Below are positions 17,042 to 24,557 of a stretch of DNA of 43,724 nt, in pieces. Source of the stretch: Patescibacteria group bacterium. Lineage in GTDB: Bacteria; Patescibacteriota; Patescibacteriia; Patescibacteriales; CAYMCJ01. The notes beneath the pieces are model-generated. The model was not told where the DNA came from. It ran no database searches and saw nothing but the letters and a program-made list of their open reading frames with translations. Where the stretch lies: positions 1-43,724 of the forward strand of contig JBDRJA010000009.1 of the NCBI GenBank assembly GCA_043815345.1. Reading direction: 5' to 3'. Both the position numbers and the translations under genes were made by a program. Positions within the stretch are counted from its first letter, which is position 1, and every line of letters starts with the position of its first letter.

Positions 17042-17377
17042 TCAAAATATAAACTTCAGTTGGCTTTTTATTTTTAAAATTTCATCTTGTCCTAAATTAG
17101 TAATCTTCTTTTGCAATCTTCCTTTATCTAAGGTGCGCATTTGAAATAATAATACAACTGAATCTTGGTTAAGCTTAGAAATATTTTTTGGCAGAAAATG
17201 GGTTGTTAATTTTCCCTGCGCTGATAGATTAGAAGTTATTGGAGCAATAATGGCCGTGCTTAAATTTTCGTTTAAAAGATTATTCTGCATTATTAATACT
17301 GGCCGAAAACCAGATTGTTCATGGCCTTTGGCTGGATTTAAATCAGCTAAATATATATCTCCCTGCTTAATACTCAT
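17042..17377 (-). CDS. mazF: MazF/PemK-family endoribonuclease toxin
   Basis: GDIYLADLNPAKGHEQSGFRPVLIMQNN is the canonical PemK/MazF N-terminal block. 111 aa. Confidence 0.88.
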   Translation of the reverse strand: MSIKQGDIYLADLNPAKGHEQSGFRPVLIMQNNLLNENLSTAIIAPITSNLSAQGKLTTHFLPKNISKLNQDSVVLLFQMRTLDKGRLQKKITNLGQDEILKIKSQLKFIF

Positions 17378-17382
17378 AATAA

Positions 17383-17616
17383 TTATTTAATTTGAGGTTG
17401 AATTAAATTCCATTCATCTTCAGAAGGCAGGTCATTAAAACTTATTTTAGCTAATTCTTTAGTGTCTTGGCGAAGTTTATTTTTAATCCAAAATTCTAAA
17501 GCATTTTTTATTATTGAACTTTGCGTTTGATCCTGGTTAAAAGATGCTTTTTTAACTTCTTCAACCAAGGAAGAAGGTAATATTGCTGAAATACGAGTTG
17601 TTTTTGTATTGCTCAT
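17383..17616 (-). CDS. Ribbon-helix-helix (CopG/MazE-like) antitoxin
   Basis: TRISAILPSSLVEEVKKAS...QSSIIKNALEFWIKN fits a strand-helix-helix pattern. 77 aa, ending 6 nt upstream of mazF. Confidence 0.7.
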   Translation of the reverse strand: MSNTKTTRISAILPSSLVEEVKKASFNQDQTQSSIIKNALEFWIKNKLRQDTKELAKISFNDLPSEDEWNLIQPQIK

Positions 17617-17617
17617 A

Positions 17618-17926
17618 TTAAATAGTAATAGTATGTAAGCTTATTTCCTGTGGATGATAATTTTTTATTGTAATTTGAGCTTCTTTTTTTTCTAAAATTA
17701 ACTCAATTACCTCACGAATATTTTTTAAAGCTTCATCTAAAGTTTTTCCTTGACTGTAACAACCTTCTAAAACTGGGCATTCAACAATATAAAAACCATC
17801 CTCGTCTTTCTCAACGAAAAGAGGAAATTGTTTTCCTTTAAATTTTTTTGACATAGCTTTTCTCATAATTTTATCGTTACATAATAAATAACTTTGGTCA
17901 AGAAAAAAAATTATTTCCTTCATCAT
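17618..17926 (-). CDS. HicB-fold (UPF0150) antitoxin-like protein without a DNA-binding extension
   Basis: FPLFVEKDEDGFYIVECPVLEGCYSQGKTLDEALKNIREVIELIL is the HicB N-terminal fold signature. The real start is probably the ATG at 17866 or 17854. Its stop is 1 nt from the RHH gene start. Confidence 0.78.
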   Translation of the reverse strand: MMKEIIFFLDQSYLLCNDKIMRKAMSKKFKGKQFPLFVEKDEDGFYIVECPVLEGCYSQGKTLDEALKNIREVIELILEKKEAQITIKNYHPQEISLHTITI

Positions 17927-17959
17927 TCTTCATTCTAAAATCTTCATCCTTAATTTCTT

Positions 17960-17987
17960 TAATCGGCAATCGAAAATCGTCAATCAC
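17960..17987. repeat. Heptamer array (sense reading CGATTGN) overlapping and following the ABC-exporter stop codon
   Basis: Plus-strand units taatcgg/caatcga/aaatcgt/caatcac. Read in the gene sense it gives gTGAttgacgattttcgattgccgatt. Confidence 0.7.
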
Positions 17988-19771
17988 CCCACGTCTCCCA
18001 CCTTCTGCAATTTCAATAATTTAGCGTACAACCCGCCGCGAGCTTGAGCTAGTTCATAATGGCTCCCCTGTTCTGCAACTTTGCCGTCTTCTAAAACAAT
18101 AATTTTATCAGCTCTTTTAATCGTACTTAAACGATGGGCGATAATTATCATTGTTCGGCCTTTTCTGATTTTTTCAATCGCTTCTTGAATTAATTTCTCG
18201 CTATAACTATCCAGATTAGAAGTTGCTTCGTCAAAAATTAAAATCCTAGGGTTAGCTAATACTGCCCGAGCTATTCCTACTCTCTGCCTTTGTCCACCAG
18301 ACAACTTAATCCCCCGTTCACCTACTAAAGTATTATAACCATGGGCTAGCTTATCGATAAACTCTTCAGCATTAGCGATCCGAGCCGCGGCTTCAATTTC
18401 AGCTTGACTGGCCCGAGGATTAGCGTAAGAAATATTATCACGAACACTAGTATTAAAAATTTCAACTTCTTGCGGAACAATAGCGATAAATTTCCTAAAT
18501 CCGTACAAATCATAATCTTTCACATTTCTATCATCTAATAATACAGACCCTGCTTGCGGATCATAATGCCGGTAAACCATCCTAGCGACAGTAGTTTTAC
18601 CCCCACCGGAAGGACCGACTAAGGCGGTTACGCAACCGGAATTAATTTTTAAACTGACTTTATCCAAAGCTTTGTTAATACTGTCTTTATAAGTAAAGTC
18701 CACTTTCTTAAATTCAATTTGGCCGATAATATTTTTTGGCTTTAGGCCCTTTTCCGGATTAATAATCTGTTCTTTTCTATTCATTAATTTAAGTAAGCGA
18801 TTGACGGCCTCCGCTCCCTCCTCTACCCGGTCGTAAAATCGTGAAAGGCGCCAAAGAGAAAAATATGATTTTTCTGATAAGGTAATTACAAAAACTAAAG
18901 TACCGATGGTAATATTGCCACTATAGATTAAATAAGCTCCTAATACTAAAATCGTAAATCTTCCCAGGTTAATAATCGTGCTCCTACCAAAACTAAATTT
19001 TAGCATACTAAAAAATTCTATAAATTCATTTTTTCTAATCTCATTTTTTATTTTTCCAAATCTCTTTATTTCCTTTTCTTCTTGGGAAAAAGATTGTACG
19101 GCGTTAATATTAATAATTGACTCGGCCATTTTTCCAGAAGCTACTTCATAATCTTCGTGCCTTTTTTTTCTTAAAGGCTGTAGATCTTTATTTATTTTAT
19201 AAGTAATAAAAATAAATACAGGCGCGAAAATAAGCAAAGACAAACCAAATCTCCATTCCACGAAGAATAACACTACTAAAGTTACGACTAACTGAATTAG
19301 AGTCGGAGCCACCTCCCAAAAAGTATTAGCCAGTAAATCATTAATCCTATTTAAACCTCTTTCGATTTTAATAATTTTATTACCGGTATCCTCTCCTTCA
19401 TGGTATCCAAGGGATAAATACATTAGCTTTTTATGAGCCTCTATTGGCAAATAATAGCCAATTGCAATTAAAATCTTAAAAATAGACTTATCTAAAAAAT
19501 AATCTATAAAAGCTACGGCCTGTTCTGTTAAAAGCATTAAGATAACTAAATATATTACAATTATTAATTCTTCTTGATTAAAATTCGTTAATTTGTCAAT
19601 TATTAGCTTAAGAATGTAGGGCGCGATTAATCGCGAAGATTCAAAAAACAATATTAAAACCAGCAGTTTTTTAATCTGCTTTTGACTAGGAGCAATCATT
19701 TTCCATAATCTTAGCCAAAATTTTCTAATATCGTCTCCTTTATTCTTATTTATTCTTCTGTGCTTTTTCAT
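17984..19771 (-). CDS. ABC exporter, fused permease/ATPase (type I exporter, MsbA/Sav1866-like)
   Basis: Six-TM N-terminal half, Walker A GPSGGGKTT, signature LSGGQRQR, Walker B ILIFDEATS, H-loop IIIAHRL. Confidence 0.92.
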   Translation of the reverse strand: MKKHRRINKNKGDDIRKFWLRLWKMIAPSQKQIKKLLVLILFFESSRLIAPYILKLIIDKLTNFNQEELIIVIYLVILMLLTEQAVAFIDYFLDKSIFKILIAIGYYLPIEAHKKLMYLSLGYHEGEDTGNKIIKIERGLNRINDLLANTFWEVAPTLIQLVVTLVVLFFVEWRFGLSLLIFAPVFIFITYKINKDLQPLRKKRHEDYEVASGKMAESIININAVQSFSQEEKEIKRFGKIKNEIRKNEFIEFFSMLKFSFGRSTIINLGRFTILVLGAYLIYSGNITIGTLVFVITLSEKSYFSLWRLSRFYDRVEEGAEAVNRLLKLMNRKEQIINPEKGLKPKNIIGQIEFKKVDFTYKDSINKALDKVSLKINSGCVTALVGPSGGGKTTVARMVYRHYDPQAGSVLLDDRNVKDYDLYGFRKFIAIVPQEVEIFNTSVRDNISYANPRASQAEIEAAARIANAEEFIDKLAHGYNTLVGERGIKLSGGQRQRVGIARAVLANPRILIFDEATSNLDSYSEKLIQEAIEKIRKGRTMIIIAHRLSTIKRADKIIVLEDGKVAEQGSHYELAQARGGLYAKLLKLQKVGDVG

Positions 19772-19844
19772 ATTTTCCTAAAACAAAAAAAGGAAATTTA
19801 ATATCCCCTTATTAATTATACGTAATATAAGCTTAAATATTACA

Positions 19845-21353
19845 CTAGTTAACTAATTTCTCTCCAATCCTAAAAACATCTCCGGCTCCCATAAGTAAAA
19901 TCACGTCTCCCCTTTCCACCTTTTCTCTTAAATATTTCTCACACTTATCTAGGTTTGGAATATATTTAACTCTCTGTTGTTTTCGTGTTTTCGTGTTTTC
20001 GTGTTTTATTAAGCTTACTAAATCCCTACTATGCACTCCACCTTGCATTTCTCTAGCCGATCCATATATATCCAACACCACCACCTCGTCAGCTTCAAAA
20101 AAACTTTTAGAAAAATCATCTAATAAAGCCTTAGTACGAGTAAAAGTATGGGGATGAAAAACTACTTTCAATTTTCTGTCTGGATACAATTCTCGCACCG
20201 CAGCTATAGTTGCTTTAATTTCTGTAGGATGATGGGCATAATCGTCTATAATAATTGCACCTTGAAATTCCCCCAATACTTCCATCCGCCTAACTGTACC
20301 TTTGAAATCTTCTAAGTATTTCCTAATATCTACTAATTCCACTTCTAGCTCAATACAAGTAGCAATCACGGCTAAAGCATTTGAGATATTGTGTTTGCCA
20401 GCTAATTGAATGCAAAAATCACCTAACAAATTTTCCTGAAGGCGAGAATCCGGATTCTCGCCTTCAGGAAAATCTTCGTCCACTCCAAACTTCACCTTAA
20501 AAAACTGCTTACCTCCTTGCTGTTTTATATCATATGCAACATAATCTGCCGCCTCTTTAATTCCATAACTAATTGTTTTTCCTTTACAGTTTACCCTGGC
20601 CACACTTCTAATTATCGGATCATCCCAATTGGCTACTAAAAAACCTTTGCCAGAAATTTTCTTAATAAATTCTATGAATACTTGTTTATACTCAACTTCT
20701 GAAAGAAAAAAATCCGGATGATCATATTCGATATTATTAAGAAGCACTGCCTTGGGCTGAAAATATTTTAGTTTATTTTGGTATTCATCAAGCTCTGCCA
20801 CTAAATAGTCTGACGAACCGATTAAAGAAGCGCTTTCAAATTGTGGAACCCTAGCGCCGACCATCACATTAGGTTTAAATCCGGCCTTTTCTAAAACATA
20901 ACCTAACCAGGCTGTAGTAGTTGTCTTGCCATGCGAGCCAACAATAGCAATGCCATTCTTCTGATTAAAAATTTCACCCAAAGCTTGGGCATAGGTCATT
21001 GCTTTTTTCTTACCTGACAAAACCTTAGCAACCTCGACGTTCGTGTCAGAATTATAAGCAGTAGAATATACAATTAAATCAGCATCTTTGGGAATATTTT
21101 TCTCATCAAACCCTTCAATTACTTTAATTCCAGACTTTTTTAAAACCTCATCAGTCATAAATTTTTCTTCAGTGTCAGAACCGCTAACCTCATAGCCATT
21201 TCCAGCTAAATACTGCGCCAGCATTGTCATGCCTACGCCCTTAATGCCAATCATGTATATTTTTTTGATTTTAGATAAGTCCATATTACTATTGTTGTTG
21301 TTGGCGTCCTCGCCTACGACCCTACGGCGGTTTTTAAACGGACTGATTTTCAT
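19845..21353 (-). CDS. murC: UDP-N-acetylmuramate--L-alanine ligase
   Basis: IYMIGIKGVGMTMLAQ (N-terminal Rossmann), GSHGKTTTT (Mur ligase P-loop), DDYAHHPTE. The true start is probably the ATG at 21284 (MDLSKIKK...). The 23-codon upstream extension reads through a repeat. Confidence 0.92.
   Translation of the reverse strand: MKISPFKNRRRVVGEDANNNNSNMDLSKIKKIYMIGIKGVGMTMLAQYLAGNGYEVSGSDTEEKFMTDEVLKKSGIKVIEGFDEKNIPKDADLIVYSTAYNSDTNVEVAKVLSGKKKAMTYAQALGEIFNQKNGIAIVGSHGKTTTTAWLGYVLEKAGFKPNVMVGARVPQFESASLIGSSDYLVAELDEYQNKLKYFQPKAVLLNNIEYDHPDFFLSEVEYKQVFIEFIKKISGKGFLVANWDDPIIRSVARVNCKGKTISYGIKEAADYVAYDIKQQGGKQFFKVKFGVDEDFPEGENPDSRLQENLLGDFCIQLAGKHNISNALAVIATCIELEVELVDIRKYLEDFKGTVRRMEVLGEFQGAIIIDDYAHHPTEIKATIAAVRELYPDRKLKVVFHPHTFTRTKALLDDFSKSFFEADEVVVLDIYGSAREMQGGVHSRDLVSLIKHENTKTRKQQRVKYIPNLDKCEKYLREKVERGDVILLMGAGDVFRIGEKLVN
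19979..20007. repeat. 8-nt tandem repeat (gttttcgt x3 plus a partial copy) inside murC
   Basis: Three perfect units at 19979-20002. In the coding sense this is acgaaaac x3, encoding KHENTKTRK. Confidence 0.85.
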
Positions 21354-21419
21354 AGGCCAGGAGGCCGATTCAAACTGTTGTCGTTGGCGTCCTCGACGAC
21401 CCTACGGCGGTTTTTAAAC
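21301..21419. repeat. Two G+C-rich direct repeats (39 and 36 nt) on one side of the transposase gene
   Basis: 21301-21339 ttggcgtcctcgcctacgaccctacggcggtttttaaac. 21384-21419 is the same sequence lacking cct. Confidence 0.85.
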
Positions 21420-21422
21420 AAG

Positions 21423-21971
21423 CTAAAACAACTCTTTAATATCATCAATCTCTAAAACTACTTCATGATTACAATAATGATTGTGATAACTAGTATATAA
21501 GTAATTTTCAATATCTTTAACAACGTAGTGTTCCATCGCATTTAAATTTATGTATTTTCCTTTTTGTCTTATAAACCTTTTAGATAATAATATTTCTGGC
21601 CAACAGCTTTTACGCCATATCTTATTATCCCTATCCTTAGTTCTATAAGCCGACATCCTCATTTCATCCAAAATATCATACTGCTTATCCTCTCTTAAAA
21701 GCTTTAAAATTTTATGAGCTGTAAAACTTTTAAAATCACTAACTGTTTCTAGTAAGCTAAAATTATCTTTCACTTTTAACATTATATGAAGGTGATTTAT
21801 TAGAATTGTATAGGCATACACTTTCCAACCTTTATTTTCACGACAATATTTTAAACTATCTAATATTACTTGATAATATTTATTATTTCTTAAAATCGGT
21901 AATCCGTTTATTGCTTTTATGGTAAGAAAAAATAAACTGCCATCTTTTTCTGTTTGTTTTAGTGTGGGCAT
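21423..21971 (-). CDS. HUH/Y1 tyrosine transposase-like protein (IS200/RAYT, COG1943-like)
   Basis: HUH motif in ILINHLHIMLKV. C-terminal block KYINLNAMEHYVVKDIENYLYTSY resembles the YI..NP...GLV....Y.YSS region that carries the catalytic Tyr. 182 aa. Confidence 0.78.
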   Translation of the reverse strand: MPTLKQTEKDGSLFFLTIKAINGLPILRNNKYYQVILDSLKYCRENKGWKVYAYTILINHLHIMLKVKDNFSLLETVSDFKSFTAHKILKLLREDKQYDILDEMRMSAYRTKDRDNKIWRKSCWPEILLSKRFIRQKGKYINLNAMEHYVVKDIENYLYTSYHNHYCNHEVVLEIDDIKELF

Positions 21972-22003
21972 ATTTGCTTAAACCTATATTATAAAAACCA
22001 CTA

Positions 22004-22068
22004 CAGCATAGTCATGCCAACGCCTTAATACCAATCATATAAATTTTATTTACTTTACTTAAGCCCAT
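22004..22068 (-). pseudogene. Frameshifted remnant of a murC 5' end
   Basis: Own translation from the ATG at 22068: MGLSKVNKIYMIGIKALA*. Restoring one G gives ..KGVGMTML, identical to the intact MurC N-terminus MDLSKIKKIYMIGIKGVGMTML. Confidence 0.65.
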
Positions 22069-22080
22069 ATCCAGTAGTTG

Positions 22081-23388
22081 TTAATTATCAATATTAAATT
22101 GATTAGCTTCTTTTATAACTTTTTCCTCATCAATCGTCTTAACTTCCCTATTCCTCATTAACACTTTTCCATTAACAATTACATCGTTCACGTCTTCTCC
22201 ATTAACACAGTAAACTAAATGAGAATACGGATTATAAATAGGGACTAAATGCGGTTTGTCTAAATTAATGGTAATCATATCCGCCTGCTTGCCAACTTCC
22301 AATGACCCAATTTTATCTTCCATTCCCAGAGATCGCGCTCCGTCAATTGTAGCCATTTTCATTACTTCTTGGGCATTAGTAATGGTGGGATCTAGTTTAT
22401 TTACTTTATGAAGTAGTGCACATGTCCTAATGTCAGAAAACAGATCTAAAGTATTGTTGCTAGCCACACTGTCTGTACCTAGGCTCACTGTTATGCCCAT
22501 TTTTAACATCTCTGGAATCGGGGCAATACCGGAAGCTAGCTTTTTATTACTCATAGGACAATGACTAACTTTTACTCCTTTTTTCTGATAAATCTCTAAA
22601 TCTTTTTTATCTAACCAAACATTATGAGCGGCTATTACTTTATCAGACAAAAAACCAATCTCATCTAAATAGGCTACTGGCGACTTGCCATGTTCTTTTT
22701 GGCAGTCTTCTATTTCCTTTTTAGTTTCACTTATATGAATATGCAGTAATAAATTATACTTATCAGCTAATTCTTTAGCTCTAAGTAAAATTTCTTTATC
22801 GCAGGTATAAATACTATGCGGAGCAACTGTCACAGTAATCAGTTCGTTTGTTTTGAATTTCTCTATTAAATCAACGGTTTTATTAATTGTTTCTTGAGGT
22901 GTTTTGCAGCTAGGCGTAGAAAAATTTAATATTCCTTCCCCGATCATAGCTCTTATGCCCGCTTTCACGGCCACCCGGGCTGTTTCCTCTTGAAAAAAAT
23001 ACATATCGTTAAAACAGGTTGTTCCAGATTTAATCATCTCTAAACAGGCGAGTTCTGAAGACTTGCGAACAAATTCAGAATTCATGTATTTAGCCTCAGC
23101 CGGCCAAATATGCTCTTTTAACCAAATGTCCAGAGGTAAATCATCCGCTAACCCCCGGAAATACGTCATCGCCGCATGCGTATGCGTATTAATGAGCCCT
23201 GGCATTACTATACAATTACCTGCATCAATAACTTCTTTAGCTTCATATTTATCTTCTATTTCACTTTGCTTGCCAATATTTTTTATTAAATTACCTTCGA
23301 CCACCACTATTCCATCCTTAATAATATCCAAACCAGAGTTCATTGGTAAAACATATTTTCCCCTGATTATCAAATCACACTTTTCCAT
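22081..23388 (-). CDS. mtaD: Amidohydrolase, 5-methylthioadenosine/S-adenosylhomocysteine deaminase-like
   Basis: MPGLINTHTHAAMTYFRGLADDLPLDIWLKEHIWPAE (metal-binding HxH plus the family block), HISE, and a conserved Asp region near GTDS. Confidence 0.85.
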   Translation of the reverse strand: MEKCDLIIRGKYVLPMNSGLDIIKDGIVVVEGNLIKNIGKQSEIEDKYEAKEVIDAGNCIVMPGLINTHTHAAMTYFRGLADDLPLDIWLKEHIWPAEAKYMNSEFVRKSSELACLEMIKSGTTCFNDMYFFQEETARVAVKAGIRAMIGEGILNFSTPSCKTPQETINKTVDLIEKFKTNELITVTVAPHSIYTCDKEILLRAKELADKYNLLLHIHISETKKEIEDCQKEHGKSPVAYLDEIGFLSDKVIAAHNVWLDKKDLEIYQKKGVKVSHCPMSNKKLASGIAPIPEMLKMGITVSLGTDSVASNNTLDLFSDIRTCALLHKVNKLDPTITNAQEVMKMATIDGARSLGMEDKIGSLEVGKQADMITINLDKPHLVPIYNPYSHLVYCVNGEDVNDVIVNGKVLMRNREVKTIDEEKVIKEANQFNIDN

Positions 23389-23398
23389 ATGTCTCCCT

Positions 23399-23433
23399 GG
23401 AGCAAAGCGATGGTGCCCTGTCGTTTTCGCTCC
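23399..23433 (-). promoter_or_regulatory. G+C-rich intercistronic stem-loop between murG and mtaD
   Basis: ggagc-aaagcga...tcgttttc-gctcc forms an imperfect hairpin. Its 5' arm overlaps the GGAG upstream of the mtaD ATG. Confidence 0.35.
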
Positions 23434-23435
23434 AA

Positions 23436-24557
23436 TTATTTATTAACTAAATGCTCCACGATTTTCACCATCCTCTCATTCGCCTCCTTTTTCATAACAT
23501 CACTTATATTTTTTCCTAATAACTCCCTTAATATCTTGTCATTTAATAATTTTTTTATATTATCAATAAATTCTTCTGCCGTCAATTCGCTTTGATCTAA
23601 AACAATCGCCGCTTCCTTTTCTTTAAAAATTTTAGCATTATCCTCTTGGTGTGTATCCGGCATAGGAATTAATATTGAAGGCTTTCCTAGATATGATAAC
23701 TCAGTTAATAATCCTAGCCCGCACCTTGAAACAACCACATCAGCGACCCTTAAAGCTCCCGCCATTTTCTGCGCATCCAAAAATTCATATGTATAGTAAT
23801 TTGTTTTTGTGTTTTTGTGTTTTTGTATTTTCTTGTTCTTCCCAGTTACATGAACCACCTGACAAAACTTAACTAATTCATCCAGGCTCTGATAAATTAA
23901 CTCATTAATCGCCTTAGCTCCTGTGCCGCCACCAACCATCAAGACAACTGGCATGCCTTTATCCAAATTGAAATACTTTTTTATCTTCTCAATCGTCAAT
24001 CGACAATCGTCAATCGACAATCGAACAGGGTTTCCAATCCAAGTTGCTTTCTTTCCATAATGCATTAAAGAATCCTTAAAAGTCACGGTAATTTTATCTG
24101 CAAACGGCGCCATTAGCTTATTAGCCAGACCGGGCCGTGCATCCTGCTGATGGATTAAAACTTTCACTCTTAATAGCCAGGCCGCCCAGATAACCGGCAC
24201 GCTAATAAAACTACCAGCGCTCATTACTAAACCAGGTTTCCATTTTAAAATAATGAAGATTGCCTGAAAAAAACCAATCTTTACTTTAAAAACATCAATA
24301 AAATTTTTCCAGCTGAAATACCTTCTCAATTTACCACCAGCAATAGTTTTAAACTCAATGCCAACTTTCTTAACCATCTCTCTCTCAGGCCCATCCTTTG
24401 TGCCTAACCACAAAAAATCATACTGACACTCAGTGTCCCCTTTAACACTAAGTGTCTTGGCGTTTTGTATTTCATCAACAATAGCCAAAAGCGGTGACAC
24501 TGAACCGCCAGTCCCACCACCAGTCAATAGTATTTTCTTTACTTTATTATAACTCAT
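23436..24557 (-). CDS. murG: Undecaprenyldiphospho-muramoylpentapeptide beta-N-acetylglucosaminyltransferase
   Basis: LLTGGGTGGSVSPLLAI (G-loop), MVGGGTGA, C-terminal GT28 domain. dcw context next to ftsW. Confidence 0.92.
   Translation of the reverse strand: MSYNKVKKILLTGGGTGGSVSPLLAIVDEIQNAKTLSVKGDTECQYDFLWLGTKDGPEREMVKKVGIEFKTIAGGKLRRYFSWKNFIDVFKVKIGFFQAIFIILKWKPGLVMSAGSFISVPVIWAAWLLRVKVLIHQQDARPGLANKLMAPFADKITVTFKDSLMHYGKKATWIGNPVRLSIDDCRLTIEKIKKYFNLDKGMPVVLMVGGGTGAKAINELIYQSLDELVKFCQVVHVTGKNKKIQKHKNTKTNYYTYEFLDAQKMAGALRVADVVVSRCGLGLLTELSYLGKPSILIPMPDTHQEDNAKIFKEKEAAIVLDQSELTAEEFIDNIKKLLNDKILRELLGKNISDVMKKEANERMVKIVEHLVNK
23803..23826. repeat. 8-nt tandem repeat (gtttttgt x3) inside murG
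   Basis: Three perfect units, with degenerate units to about 23840. The coding sense acaaaaac x3 encodes QKHKNTKTN. The unit differs by 1 nt from the murC repeat. Confidence 0.85.
23990..24024. repeat. Heptamer array (caatcgt/caatcga x5) inside murG
   Basis: The coding sense reads tcgattg tcgattg acgattg tcgattg acgattg and encodes RLSIDDCRLTIE. Confidence 0.85.

Larger units (their letters stand above)
21301..22003 (-). mobile_element. About 0.7-kb insertion carrying a RAYT/IS200-like Y1 transposase gene, bounded by duplicated murC 5' sequence
   Basis: 21219-21300 and 22004-22080 are homologous (murC start region). The interval between them holds the transposase ORF and the two G+C-rich repeats. 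Confidence 0.5.

Noticed and set aside
21285-21353. 23-codon N-terminal extension of the murC ORF (MKISPFKNRRRVVGEDANNNNSN)
   Set aside because: It reads through the G+C-rich direct repeat and has no counterpart in MurC. The conserved N-terminus begins at the ATG at 21284, as in the duplicated remnant at 22068.
21229-21417. 62-aa plus-strand ORF over the G+C-rich repeats
   Set aside because: It is generated by the two direct repeats and is antisense to the murC start. No coding evidence.
17960-24024. The short tandem arrays (7-8-nt units) as a possible CRISPR array
   Set aside because: The units are 7-8 nt and contiguous, without spacers. There are no repeats of about 24-40 nt separated by unique spacers and no cas genes in the window.
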